Shown here: positions 46,735 to 60,760 of the stretch, in pieces
Layout of the letters: the number at the start of each line of letters is the position of its first letter
Position numbering within the stretch: the first letter of the stretch is position 1
Source: Phoronis australis
Lineage: Eukaryota > Animalia > Phoronida
Direction: 5' to 3'
NCBI GenBank assembly: GCA_002633005.1
Contig: NMRA01000541.1
Location: 62,001-126,000, forward strand
DNA: 64,000 nucleotides
Notes under the pieces: model-generated
What the model was told of the DNA's origin: nothing
Database searches by the model: none
The model's input: only the letters and a program-made list of their open reading frames with translations
Made by a program: the position numbers and the translations under genes

Positions 46735-48521
46735 AAATAGTTATTGTCCACACATGACTAATTGCCTATGAAAGGGCATCCTCACCAATTAGACTGACTT
46801 GTGTAGCAGTCACATATAGTTCCTCTTCATACAAAAACAATCCATTGGCACATTGTCTTATGGTAACTTAGTACTACAGTTCACATCTGTCCATGGCCAC
46901 TGACTTGTACATTGTGACATGCAGCACTGCTGGTGTGTGGGAATGCTGTGGGAAGAGAAAGGAGTAACAAAGCTTGTCTATGTTGTGACTTGAAGTGGCC
47001 TTAATATTTCACTGAACCTCGAACAAATATTGAAATAAGAATAATTAAATACTCCAAGTTGAGTCAAAAATGTTACCCCTGTTTTTTCAAAAATATATGG
47101 TGACTGCTCTACAACTTCATACAAAGTTAAATAATTGCTATTTTCAAAATGCAAGGGTGTATATAATAAATATTGTAAAAAACTGCGTCTTCATTCGTAG
47201 CTATAGCAATTCAACGCATCGCTTGTCTGCAAAATATGCAAGATTTTGAAACAACTTCAAACCTTCGTTACCCATTTTGAAGCCTTTTTATTTTGGATAC
47301 TTTCAGCAATTTTAAAAGCCGATTACAAATTCATGGGTCTGCCAAGCATATTTCTAGTCTAAGGCTGAGAGAACCGTTTCTCAGACTTTTTTATTTTCTT
47401 CTAATAGAAGATAGAAAGAGTACGGTCATTTAAAAATGATGGATAACTTTTTGCTATTTAAGAGTAATTACAAATCGTAAGGCACCATCAAAAATGCGCT
47501 TTTCACAAAAATTGCAGTCATCTGAATTCATAAACCACGTGCAGCATAAGGCATTAGTTAAGAGTATTCAGTCACTGAGGTGTCAGAAAAGTTAATGTAT
47601 TTTTATGGGTTTACAATTGATAGCAAATCAGTTTCATGAAATCAAGTTGAAGGAACTTCATAAGTTTAACAACTACCTCACCATGCACTTTCCCCAGCAC
47701 AACCGCAACCAGTGCAAATCCCCCCACTAAGGACATGCATACCTTTCTTTAAAAATAGCTGTTCCTTTTCAAAGGCTTCGTTCGTTTTCTCCGATATAAA
47801 AAGTAGGCTATAACAACAGATCTGTACTGGATGGGAAGATCTTGTTGGTAAGGTGCAGTCAAGTGCTTAAAACCAATTTTGTCCATCCATGCAGGGACGG
47901 TGCAGAAGCGATGCATATCTCTTCTGCACGGCACAAGCCCTCAAACCTAAAAAACAAAGGTCACGTGTTATAGATTTCCAGAAGACATAGGGTAGGGAGT
48001 AAACAAATAATCTACTGGATATTTGTCATGTACCCTTTGCCATTGGGCTTGGATTGTAATCTTAACTCACCAACCAATATCGAGGTGGAAGCTTAAACAT
48101 TCAGCATAGATTGATTTAACTGTCACTGATAAACCTGTTAGAAATCGTTCCAAACAATAATACTGCTCTGATGCACGAAAAGATCCCGAGTGCTACGTCA
48201 AGTAGGTCTATGGTAACACAAATCACAACAAATATAGATTGGCGACTGCTGCGAAGTCGACATTGGCCAGTACCTATGTTTACAGGCATAAGTAGAATAA
48301 ACATGAAATAATCCTTAAAATAATCACAAGCCTTACCTTTGTATACGTTCGTGCTTACTTCCTCTCATAGAAGCACCCTTTTCGCGTAATCTCAGATTCA
48401 GTTGGCACGGCTGCAAGCCATTTCACCATGTATTTAAAGGGCTCACGAAATCGAGGCTGCTTAATCTATCACACTACAACACGCGTGCCCTCTAGTTAAT
48501 ATAAATTTTCCGAATAGCCCC
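46735..48521 (+). mobile_element. ISL2EU-type derivative copy 2 (right end only)
   Basis: Matches 21270-22477 with ~0.8 kb extra at 46985-47770; ends TCCGAATAGCCCC|AT; minus-strand SAP-like exon LRLREKGASMRGSKHERIQR|gtaagg. Confidence 0.8.
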
Positions 48522-49530
48522 ATTATAATGACAAAAAGGTTAACCACTGTAGAATACCACTTTCTAAACTTTTTACATTTCATTGATTGTCTTTTCGACT
48601 GAGTCGTGAAAAATTCAGCCATTGCATTTGGAATTTTGTCTTTGTAATGGCTTATATGACCGTTTGAGCAATGTGTGGGTCACAGGTTTGCATTGCTTTA
48701 TGCAACCAATATTTTAAAACCTCGTTAATAGTTGAAATTTCAAATTTTATTCTGAAAAATCCCCGGCTTCCATAAGGCCACCGAGCTTTTGATTATTTAT
48801 CGTTCATCATCAATATGGCGGACCGCGTGTCACGCGCTGTCTGGCTTGCGAATATAGTCGTGTCGTTCTTTCTCTCTATATGTAGCTCATAGCATTCCCC
48901 AAGGACGCATCACAAGGGAGATAACCATTCATCTTGCTACATCAAAGGGTCGGCATATAGGGATTTTCTCTGCTACAAGGATTATAATTACCAATTTTCA
49001 GAAGGCAAATTCAACTACTACAAAATTCATTCAAATTACAATAATAAAGAACCGTTTTTTCACGGTGGATTTGACGCTTATACAAACCAGTATATGGAAC
49101 GCCCCTAGCGTCACCTTGTGACGGGTCTTTTCTGACACGTGACGAGTCATTTTTGACACGCTGCCGCGTCAATGATGCTGTCGAACTCATTTGGACGTTC
49201 TTAAAAGAACCAATCAGTGTTAAGGTTTTATAGTGTGTTGACTAAACCAATGAGATCGTCATGTTTTGAGGTGACTGACAAGAACAAAGGCTGTCAATCA
49301 TATATCGACTTAGTATTCTAAGAGACAAAAACAGGAGTTACTGAACACGGAAGTGTACCGGATATGTGCATTGGATGGCTTCAAGGAATTTGTACGATCA
49401 GCAAGTACTAATAACGATGATGGGTACGGCGACGACCTTGTGATGGTGCATTCCAGGAATTCCTTTCACCAAACATGAGCAACAGCAAATCGTAAGCGCG
49501 TGTCGGCGAGTGCAAAAGAGTTAAGCCAAC

Positions 49531-52082
49531 ATGGCGGTCAGAAGAAGCGCGACATTAATGGAACTTCGTGGTGCAAGCTTGTGTACTGGGATCGATGTCA
49601 CGATGTCTGAATTTGTTGTCGATTGTAAACGTGACCTGGAGTGTTGCTGTAGACATATTTCAATGGACCAAGTGTTGCAAGAAACCGTCACTTTAGTGAA
49701 AACGAAGTAAGTTGTCCTTTTTGTTGGCCGGGTGTGCTCAATTTGTGTACTATCAGTGTAGGTTGTGCAAACGAATAGAGTCGTACCCGGTGTTGACAAT
49801 TAACTATAGTCTAAAGACTACTACAGCAAGTCGGGAAGGTACTTCTGATTTGGAAAATTATGATGCACACCCATTTAGAGAGTGGACTCTATATCGCAGT
49901 ACCGACAAAGGGGCCCATCTGTAAGAAAGTCCTTGAAAAACTCACCTTTTGACAAAAATTTTCCCAAAAAACGCCTTTTTTTGGGTTAATTTCATCAGAA
50001 GGGAGGGGTGGTTCTCTACTCTAGTGAAAGTGTGCCACCAAGAGGTCAGAATTTGGCTACCAAAAAGGTATTTAACCTACTTGGAAACTAGAAGTGACAC
50101 AAAAAATCATAGAGGGACACATTTGTATACATATATACCTCTGACCTCAATTCACAAAAGGAAGACTGATGTAGCCCCAGGTTTCAGTGCTTGCCATGTG
50201 GCTGTGCTGTGCGTGAACTTGGAATCCTGCTTAATCTTAAGATTAAGCGGAAGAGAGTGCTGCGTGAACTTGGAACTGAATATTCTTTAAGGCAAAAAGG
50301 TGAAATTTTTGTTCAGTGAAAAGGATTTTTGTAATTATTGGCCTCGCGATCAACCATTTTCTCCTTTACCGTAACTAATGTCGCTTAACAGGTGGAATAT
50401 GTGAAGGGTTAATCAGTGGCAGGTCTACGATTTCAGTAAGGGGGGGTTTAGCATTCAAGAGAATCCGAGGCGCGTAGCGCCTAGGAGAAGGAAGGTCGCG
50501 AGAGGGTTTCCCTCCTCCCGTGTAAGATTTTTTTGGATTTTTAGTAGCTAATTTCATTTTTCTGGCGATTTTTTTCCAGTTTTTATTTTTTATCGTGTCG
50601 CGAGAGGGGGGGTTTAAACCCCCTGAACCCCCCCTGTAGATCCGCCTCTGGGTTAATTGATTATTGGGTGGTGAAACTGATCGCTCGTAGTTAAAAAGGT
50701 TGGTTAAAATTGACATTATTTTATTCAATTGTAACTTGATTTGAATGCAGTGCAAATTTTTATGAACATGAACGTGATTATTTGAGTGAACTTTTCAAGT
50801 TGCTTCGTGTATTCCAAGTTCACGCAACACTCACTTCCACTAAATCTTGAGATTAAGCAGGATTCCAAGTTCACGTACAGCAGCTCAAGGCAAGTTTCGG
50901 CCTCAGAGTGGATTACCCAGAAAATTCTGCCCCCTCTCACACACTATATAGTGAAAAAGACACATATCTTGAATGACTGTGGCCAAAAGCTGGCACAAAT
51001 TCCTTGAATGTGTAACGTTACTGAATGAACGGTACTCCAATAGACATGAACACTGAACCTTGATACTACCCAGATTTTTGTGTGATCTGTCAGTCTTGCA
51101 TTCTTGTGTGAAAGGTGTTTACTAAAAATTTGCACCAGTCCCTATAACGGGACGCCCACATTTCTTCAAAAAGCCCTTGCGGCGATTTTACTCTCATGTT
51201 TGAGTCGTTTCCTATGATTAATCGATTTGGCCCAGCCATCTATTACACAGAAATTGATGTTGAGACAAAAATATTCTGTGTCTTGCAATGTGCCTGGCCC
51301 TTCCAGAGTAACAGTTTGATAAATAACTTATTGTTATTTTACAGGTTGACTAGTTTAACTAGAAGTATACAAAATGCTGTTGGTGGTGGTGTTGATCAGG
51401 CTTATGCAGCAAAACTATTGAATTTTGCTAGGAGGTTAATGGAGGAGGCAGATCAAGCTGCATATGAATCAAGTGAGCATCATTGTTTGCGTATTGTAGT
51501 TTTAGCCTTGTAAATCTATTGAATGAGTACTAGTAATATGACTACCTCTTTTTAACACAGTGTAATTTTAACAACTGAACCGATGTTTATTAAAGGTACC
51601 AGCATGTCACCTTTACCTTGAGATCCCTCTACTGTGGGTAATAGCATTTTCAGGTTATTCCTATGTGCATGGCTAGGTGTTCAGTACTGCCAGATTTATT
51701 GCACGAGTTAATAGAGAACTTACGGATGACTGGTTACTGAATAATTAGTACCAAAAACCTATTTGAAAATGATTCCATACAGATGTCCCTCATTTTACAT
51801 GACCAAAACTCACCTGTGTGCATTTCAACGTGATATTGTTTACGAATATATGTGTATTTGGTATCCTGTAACTGGCCATATACGAAAGCTCTCTATTCAT
51901 TTGTTTAACATTTCAGTGTGTGATGTGTATTACATGTGAAAACACATGTACATTGCAGGGGCAACGATATTTGGGCACAATCAAAGTTTGACAGAACCTC
52001 ATCTCACTTAGAGTGTATGATAAAGGCAAACTTCACACGACAAGAGATGGCCGAATCAATGGGAGTTACTTCCTCTACCATA
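49531..52082 (+). pseudogene. IS3EU transposase 5' exons, copy A (49531-49706, 51345-51472, 51596-51637, 51959-gap)
   Basis: Exons 1-3 join in phase at GT-AG sites; exon 3 has a TGA; exon 4 (frameshifted) has KFD..HLECMIKANFTRQEMAESMGVTSSTI (HTH). Confidence 0.65.
50414..50650 (-). mobile_element. MITE CAGTGGCAGGTCTAC..GTAGATCCGCCTCTG with 7-bp TSD (ggttaat)
   Basis: TSD at 50407-13 and 50651-57; empty site gtgaagggttaattgattat in the duplicate at 54931. Confidence 0.92.
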
Positions 52083-52381
52083 NNNNNNNNNNNNNNNNNN
52101 NNNNNNNNNNNNNNNNNNNNNNNNNNNNNNNNNNNNNNNNNNNNNNNNNNNNNNNNNNNNNNNNNNNNNNNNNNNNNNNNNNNNNNNNNNNNNNNNNNNN
52201 NNNNNNNNNNNNNNNNNNNNNNNNNNNNNNNNNNNNNNNNNNNNNNNNNNNNNNNNNNNNNNNNNNNNNNNNNNNNNNNNNNNNNNNNNNNNNNNNNNNN
52301 NNNNNNNNNNNNNNNNNNNNNNNNNNNNNNNNNNNNNNNNNNNNNNNNNNNNNNNNNNNNNNNNNNNNNNNNNNNNNNNNN
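52083..52381. other. Assembly gap (299 N)
   Basis: Run of N. Confidence 1.
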
Positions 52382-53994
52382 GAGACAAGATTTCAGTATG
52401 TCGTATGAAATTTAATTGTGCCCAGGGCATGTAGTGTGCTCCAAAAATGAGCCCTGTAAATTTGTTGTTTACTTTCAATATGGTTCTCAAGATGTTTTCT
52501 GAAACAGAACACTGGAACAAAATGCTTTTAATGTGATGTTAAAACATACATACGATGTTTATGTCAAGAAGAAAAATGCATGCATGTGACAGCAGTAATT
52601 TTAAATGCATTTAATCTAGCCTCAAGCTGTGAATTTTCATGTTATGTTCTCTATAGTGGAGGTACTGTTTGTTCTTTAACCAGAATTGTCATGAATGCTT
52701 TGAAAGATGGAATGGAACTGTCAACTGTATACAGATGCTGCTTAAGCCCCAGTCACATTCGTGGTATGATGCTAGCAACAAAAATGCTGTTGTACGATAG
52801 TCTTCTGTATTGACATATTCGCAGTCACATTTGTTGTACAAATGTCCTACGACATTAAACCAAGGTGTTGCAAGACATTGTATGCCTGACATCCAATGAT
52901 GTTATGATATGTAGTCATATTTTTAATATTCGATGGTCCCAGAGCATGTACGTGATGGTAAAACATTTGGGGGACTGTCGGTTGTCTAGTACGATTGTAG
53001 GACTATTCTAGACTCGGATAACCCAAAGATCGTATGTCAGTCGTACAACTATCATACAACAAATGTGAGGCATCGCACCACAGTGTTACGATATAGATCT
53101 ATTGTAGAACTGTTGTACGACGTTGAAATGATTTTGAACAAGTTCAAAATTTCCCGACGCTGTTCTTGGCATGCAATGCGGTAAAATCTCACTAATTTCA
53201 GACCATAATAATTGCTAAAACCATCCATTTTTATGCGCCCACATGTTTATGTGCGTCCGCATCTGTATCTCCTAAACCCCTCACAGGATCTTGAAGAGAT
53301 TCGATAGATGTGTTTCTATGAAACTGACAACAGATGATGACAAATTTCAGACCTATCCGACTACCGGTGTGCCCCCTAGTGGCAGTTTTATTTTTTATGC
53401 TTATTTTCTATATCTTCAGAGATCCTAAAATGATTTTCATAAAATTTGAAATATGGGCATCTATCAGTGAGATGACGCTAACCTCTCGTTTTCAGATATA
53501 TTTGCGGTATTTTGAACCACCTAGAGGCCATTTTTGTTGTCTTCTAGTCTGTTTTTTGGTGTCTGCCNTGCCCCCCTAAAGTACTCACAAAAACCATTTT
53601 CTAGAGGCCCTACAAAATCTGGCCCACCGACTATAGGCCCTATTATGTCACCCGTTCCGGCCGTCAAGTGAAAACTCCTAAACGGTTTCTAGAATAAGTG
53701 TTTTAGACATAGTAACATCATTACACTCAGGGGTTGTAGGATGCTTCTGTTTGCTGTAAGCAAGCATTGATGTACTTTAATATTAACCTTTGTTTTCTAT
53801 AAGCTTTATCATTTTTTTCTGTTAACGTTTTTGAGTCTTTAAAAAAAAAAACTAGACGGGGAAGGTGTTGAGTAGTTAGTTATGTATCTGTTAGGTGGCG
53901 CTAGTGGAGGGAGTTGGAATAAAGATGGCTTCCGTCTAAGACTGTGTTTATTTTATCACATACAAAATCCGTCAACATCAACTAGTACGACCAA

Positions 53995-56900
53995 GAGCAA
54001 AGCGTAAGCGCGTGTCGAGTGCAAAAGAGTTAAGCCAACATGGCGGTCAGAAGAAGCGCGACATTTATAATGGAACTTCGTGGTGCAAGCTTGTGCACTG
54101 GGATCGATGTCACGATGTCTGAATTTGTTGCCGATTGTAAACGTGACCTGGAGTGTTGCTGTAGACATATTTCAATGGACCAAGTGTTGCAATAAACCGT
54201 CACTTTAGTGAAAGCGAAGTAAGTTGTCCTTTTTGTTGGTCGGGTGTGCTCGATTTATGTACTATCAGTGTAGGTTGTGCAAACGAATAGAGTCGTACCC
54301 CGTGTTGATACTTAACTATAGTCTAAAGACTACTACGGGAAGTCGGGAAGGTACTTCTGATTTGGAAAATTATGATGCACACCCATTTAGAGAGTGGACT
54401 CTATATCGCAGTACCGGCAAAGGGGCCCATCTGTAAGAAACTCCTTGAAAAACTCACCTGTTGACAAAAAAATCCCAAAAACCGCCTTTTGTTTGGGTTA
54501 ATTTCATCAGAAAGGAGGGGTGGTTCTCTACTCTAGTGAAAGTGTGCCACCAAGAGGTTAGAATTTGGCTACCAAAAAAGGTAACCAACCTACTTGGAAA
54601 CCAGAAATTCCCTTTTGTAATCAGTGACACAAAAAATCATAGAGGGACACATTCGTATACATATATACCTCTGACCTAAATTCACAAAAGGAAGACTGAT
54701 GTAGCCCCAGGTTTCTGTGCTTGCCACGTGGCTGTGCTGTGCGTGAACTTGGAATCCTGCTTAATCTCAAGATTAAGCAGAAGTGAGTGTTGCGTGAACT
54801 TGGAATTGAATATTCTTCAAGGCAAAAATGTGAGGTTTTTGTTCGATGAAAAGGATTTTTGTAATTATTGACCTCGCGATCAACCATTTTTTCCTTTACC
54901 GTAACTTGTGTCGCTGAACAGATGGAATAGGTGAAGGGTTAATTGATTATTGGGTGGTGAAACTGATCGCTCGTAGTTGAAAAGGTTGGTTAAAATTGAC
55001 ATTATTTTATTCAATTGTAACTTGATTTGAATGCAGTGCAACTTTTTATGAACATGAACGTGATTATTTGAGTGAACTTGTCAAGTTGCTTTGCGTATTC
55101 CAAGTTCACACAACACTCACTTCTGCTTAATCTTGAGATTGAGCAGGATTCTAAGTTCACGTACAGCAGCTGCAAGGCAAGTTTCGGCCACAGAGTGGCT
55201 TACCTAGAAAATGCTGCCCCCTCCCACACACTATAGTGAAAAAGACACATATCTTGAATGAATGTGGCCAAAAGCTGGCAAATTCCTTGAATGTGTAACG
55301 TTACTGAATGAACGGTACTCCAATAGGCATGAACACTGAACCTTCATACTAGTACCCCAGATTTTTGGGTGATCTGTCAATCTTGCATTCTTGTGTGAAA
55401 GGTATTTACTAAAATTTTGCACCAGTCCCTATAACAGGACGCCCACATTTCTTCAAAAAGCCCTTGCGGTGGGTTTACTGTCATGTTTGAGTCGTTTCCT
55501 ATGATATATGGATTTGGCCCAGCCATCTATTACATGGAAATTGATGTTGAAACAAAAATATTCTCAGTGTCTTGCAATGTGCCTGGCCCTACAATAGTAA
55601 CAGTTTGATAAATAACTTATTGTTATTTTACAGGTTGACTAGTTCAACTAGAAGTATACAAAATGCTGTTGGTGGTGGTGGTGGTGTTGATCAGGCTTAT
55701 GCAACAAAACTATTGAATTTTGCTAGGAGCTTAATGGAGGAGGCAGATCAAGCTGCATATGAATCAAGTGAGCATCATTGTTTGTAGTTTTGGCATTGTA
55801 AATCTATTGAATGAGTACTAGTAATATGATTACCTCTTTTTAACACAGTGTAATTTTAGCAATTGAACCGATGCTTATTAAAGGTACCAGCATGTCACCT
55901 TTAGCTTGAGAATTGAGATCCCTCTACTGTGGGTAATACCATTTTCAGGTTATTCCTATGTGCATGAATAGGTGTTCATTGCTGCCACATTTATTGCTCG
56001 AGTTAATAGAGAACTTACAGATGACTGGTTACTGAATAATTAATACCAAAAACCAATTTGAAAATGATTCCATGCATGTGTCCCTCGTTTTACATGACAA
56101 CTCACCTGAATGCATTTCAGCGTGATATTGTTTACGAATACATGTGGTATTTGGTATCCTGTAACTGGCCATATACGAAAGCTCTCTATTCTTTTGTTTA
56201 ACATTCCAGTGAGTGATGTGTATTACATGTGAAAACACATGTAAATTGCAGGGGCAACGATAGTTGGGTAGAATCAAAGTTTGACATAACCTCATCTCAC
56301 TTAGAGTGTATGATAAGGGCAAACTTCACACGACAAGAGATGGCCGAATCAATGGGAGTTACTTCCTCTACCATATGACGTCGACTGAAGTATGTAATAA
56401 TTTCATTACCATTGTTCAAGAATTGACACTGTCTCCTGACTAGTGCTTAAGCTGCTACCAATTTAATGGACCGGGCTTTCAATTAGTGGTGATTAATGCA
56501 ATTGTATCATTTTTGTGCTACAATAAAGAATCTTTAGATTGTTTCTGTTAAATCTCATCCATTGAACATTGGAAACCATGAATTGCATAATCCTACACGG
56601 TATCATGTACAGATTGTGGCGGAAGCCGCCATCTTGAATTATAAAAAATGCTCAAAGTTGCACAAAGTGCAACCAAGTTACTTTTATTCTCCTAACCATT
56701 TATAATAAATTTCCAAAAGAAAACTTTACAGTAAACAACTTTGCAGGGTCAACTTTGGCAACTAGACTACTGCTTTTCAACTTTTTGGCAAACTGTGTCA
56801 AACCCCGTTAAACAGTAACAGTGCAGTTACTATCCTTATTTGACACATTTTACATTTTGTATTTATGTAACTGTTAAGCAATCACTTGAAGTAGTATGCA

Positions 56901-58820
56901 CACTCTTGACAGTTGTATCCTAAAGCCACGCATGGTGTATAGGCTTCGACGTTAATATGTCGATGTTTCTTCGTCCTCAGGGAGTATGCCAAGTCTTCAA
57001 GACAATACAATGAGGTTGCAGACTCACAACTAGACTCAGCTGTTGGAGGCACAGTTGGTTTGTATTGTTAAATTGCACTTCAAAGTTCAACTAAATTATT
57101 TATCAGTGGATTATAATTACCGTAAAAACCTGCAAATAAGCGCATGTGAATCAAGTCAAACTTTCCTACTCAAGTGTTCCGCATATATATATGTGCATGT
57201 ACTTAAGCTTCGCAATTATGTGCGTGCGAGTCACCTTATACAGATGCACCATGGTGCTCCGATTTTAGACCAACTCTTCTTGTTTTTGAAAAAACACTAT
57301 TCCACCCAACTCTGGGAGTAACAAAAGTAGGAGTAATTGTCCAAAAATATACCAAAGTTGTACTTTTATCTTAAGTCTTGAATGGGCATTGAGAAAACTA
57401 AAGTACCATGTGCATTAATAGTTCGACCATCATAATCAGAGCAAGTTCTACTTAAATATTGGAGGCACATGTGCTCAGTTGCAGGCTGAGGAAAACGAAC
57501 ATACCAAATGACGTGCGAGACAAGATTTCAGTATGTNCGACCATCATAATCAGAGCAAGTTCTACTTAAATGTTGGAGGCACATGTGCTCAGTTGCAGGC
57601 TGAGGAAAACGAAAATACCAAATGACGTGCGAGACAAGATTTCAGTATGTCGTATGAAATTTAATTGTGCCCAGGGCATGTAGTGTGCTCCAAAAATGAG
57701 CCCTGTAAATTTGTTGTTTACTTTCAATGTGGTTCTCAAGATGTTTTCTGAAACAGAACACTGGAACAAAATGCTTTTAATGTGATGTTAAAACATACAT
57801 ACGATGTTTGTGTCAAGAAGAAAAATGCATGCATGTGGCAGCAGTAATTTTAAATGCATTTAATCTAGCCTCAAGCTGTGAATTTTCATGTTATGTTCTC
57901 TATAGTGGAGGTACTGTTTGTTCTTTAACCAGAATTGTCATGAATGCCTTGAAAGATGGAATGGAACTGTCAACTGTATACAGATGCTGCTTAAGCCCCT
58001 GTCACATTCGTGGTATGATGCTAGCAGGGCAACAAAAATGCTGTTGTACGATAGTCTTCTGTATTGACATATTCACAGTCACATTTGTTGTACAAATGTC
58101 CTACGACATTAAACCAAGGTGTTGCAAGACATTGTATGCCTGACATCCAATGATGTTATGATATGTAGTGATATTTTTAATGTTCGATGGTCCCAGAGCA
58201 TGTACGTGATGGTAAAACGTTTGGGGGACTGTCGGTTGTCTAGTATGATTGTAGGACTATTCTAGACTCGGATAACCCAAAGATCGTATGTCAGTCGTAC
58301 AACTATCATACAACAAATGTGAGGCATCGCACCACAGTGTTACAATATAGATCTGTTGTAGAACTGTTGTACGACGTTGAAATGATTTTGAACAAGTTCA
58401 AAATTTCCCGACGCTGTTCTTGGCATGCAATGCGGTAAAATCTCACTAATTTCAGACCATAATAATTGCCAAAATCGTCCATTTTTATGCGCCCTCATGT
58501 TTATGTGCGTCCGCATCTGTATCTCCTAAACCCCTCACAGGATCTTGAAGAGATTCGATAGATGTGTTTCTATGAAGCTGACAACATATGATGACAAATT
58601 TCAGACCTATCCGACTACCAGTGTGCTCCCTAGTGGCAGTTTTATTTTTTTATGCTTATTTCTATATCTTCAGAGATCCTAAAATGATTTTCATAAAATT
58701 TGAAATATGGGCATCTGTCAGTGAGATGACGCTAACCTCTCGTTTTCAGATATATTTGCGGTATTTTGAACCACCTAGTGGCCATTTTTGTTGTCTTCGA
58801 GTCTGTTTTTGGTGTCTGCC
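53995..58820 (+). repeat. Tandem duplicate of 49485-53567
   Basis: Colinear and highly similar with small indels; copy A ends at the single N at 53568. Confidence 0.92.
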
Positions 58821-60760
58821 CCTCTATCAACCAAACTACTCCTAGGGTGATTATGAAAATTGGCATATAGGTTGTTACTATGATGAGGACAGCTGCCGAT
58901 GATTTTCTGACGACTTCCACTGCTGTGGCGCCTCCTAGTGGTAATTTTGTTTGTTTTTGTGCCCATGGCTGTATCTCCTTAACGCTATGCAGGATCTGTA
59001 CTAAATTGAGGTAGTGTATTTGTATGAAGTCGACAACAAATTACGACGGCTTTCAGACGGATCGGACTATCGGTGTGCCCCCTAGTGGCAATTTTTATTT
59101 TTTATGTTCACCTCTATCTTCAAATGTCCTCAACGGATTTTCATGAAATTTTTCACATGGGCTTCAATTAGTGGTATGACACCATTTTCCGGCAATATCA
59201 TTTTTTTTCATTTTCCTCTGTTTCTCTGAAGTTCCTTGATGGATTTGTATGAAATTTTGTAAATAGGTTTCTATTAAAGAAGTGGTGACATTTTCCTATT
59301 TTGTTATGGGTTGGACGTATTTTGCGCCATCTAGTGGCAATTTTTACTGTTTTCTTGCCTATTTTTGGCGTCTGCCCCTCTATGAACCCTACAAACCACT
59401 CTAAGGATGTTTGTGAAAATTAGCACATATGTTCTTAGTGTGAAGAGGATGGTTGACCGTGTTTTTCTGAGGACTTCGCCTACTGTGGCACTTTTGTTTT
59501 TTTGCAGACATAGCTGTACTCTCCTAAACCCACTGCAGAATCTTTATGAAATTTAGCAAGTGTATTTATATGAAGTTGACTACGGACGATGATAACGATT
59601 TTCAGACGGATGTAATCAATGATGTGCCCCTTGGTGACAATTTCATTTTTTCTGTTTTCCTCTGTTTCTCTGAAGTTCCTTGACGGATTTTTATGAAATC
59701 TGATAGCTTTCTATTAAAGACCTGTTTCCGCTTTCGGATGACTTCAACGTATTTTGCGCCATCTAGTGGCCATTTTTCTGATAGAAATAAATACCCTTAG
59801 AAGCACTCCATTTTCTGAGCATTTGTGGGCGCATTTCAACGCCCTGCATTGCTCTTGTTTATTTTTAAAGGCTTCTAATGTTGTGAATGCTCACAATTTT
59901 TCAAAACTTTGTTTGATGGTAGCTATGGTACAAAACTTGAAAATGAGAAAGCAATAGTTTGGGGATACTAATGTTCTATGCAAAAAGCAGAAAATAAAAT
60001 GTCAGTTGTGTGCCATCTTGTGTCCCAAATGTTGTACCACGGTCTCTTCACTATCGTGATTTTCCTTAACTTCTGTTGCTGACACATCATATACTGTCCC
60101 GTCATACGACAAATGCGATGGGCTTAAGTCAGCTCTAATTTCACCTCATGGTTTCTGCTTATTTGTTTAAAGGTATTTAGTGGGTCACGAATGATAAAGT
60201 TTCAACTATAATTTCTGATAAAAGATAGTAGCCCCTGTGAGACCGAGTGCCTTAGTGCAGTACTGCAAATGTGCTTACATGGGGGTGCCACAAATGTTTG
60301 TTGCTAATGTGCATATCACATTTTTAATATTAAGTACTAACTGTTCAGAAACATGGCTATATTTTTTCTGTCTTACATACACTATAAGTACATCTTTTGT
60401 TTTAGATACTGGAATAGACAGTGACACTCGGTTCCTGGTGTATGGGAAAGCATCCTTTAACAACTGTTCTACAACTGTCCTTGTTCCGTGGCCTGGACAG
60501 AGGGAGTGCCATTCAAGGAAAAAGTGTGCACAATCCGAGGACAGGAAGACTGTGGCGAGATATGTGGCATGGTGTCACCAATGTGTACAATGAGATGTTT
60601 CAGTTTTTAGAGGAGAAACGTGTTTTGGATCCGGATGATCAGCTGTCCTTTTGGTGCTTGCACTATGTGTTTTTACTCAAAATTAATTAATCATTGAAAG
60701 CCTTTTAAAGTCAATGGAACCACCATGGTTTGTGAACAGCGAAGGGCAAGTCATCATACT
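54040..60760 (+). pseudogene. IS3EU transposase copy B: HTH exons and integrase-core exon
   Basis: 56252-56389 KFDITSSHLEC..MGVTSSTI*RRLK; 56981- EYAKSSRQYNEVADSQLDSAV; 60406-60760 GIDSDTRFLVY..NNCSTTVL [deletion] RGLDRGSAIQGKSVHNPRTGRLWRD..LDPDD..WCLHYVFL.KIN..QWNHHGL*T, matching the GIDGxSR / SVHNQRIERLWRD / LHYVF pattern. Confidence 0.8.
58481..59860 (+). mobile_element. Full-length HINE/Helentron-like non-autonomous element in an IS3EU intron
   Basis: Starts TTTTTATGCGCCC; ends GTGGGCGCAT (subterminal inverted repeat) then ..GCTCTTGTTT; internal tandem units; T-rich site, no TSD (DINE-1-like layout). Confidence 0.7.

Noticed and set aside
47680-47735. U1 snRNA-like TAGTGGGGGA on the minus strand
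   Set aside because: Only about 10 bp match; no ATACTTACCTG 5' end or Sm site in register.
57424-57650. 113-bp and ~77-bp (60741-60897) direct repeats as biological tandem repeats
   Set aside because: Each is centred on a single N, the signature of overlapping contig ends.
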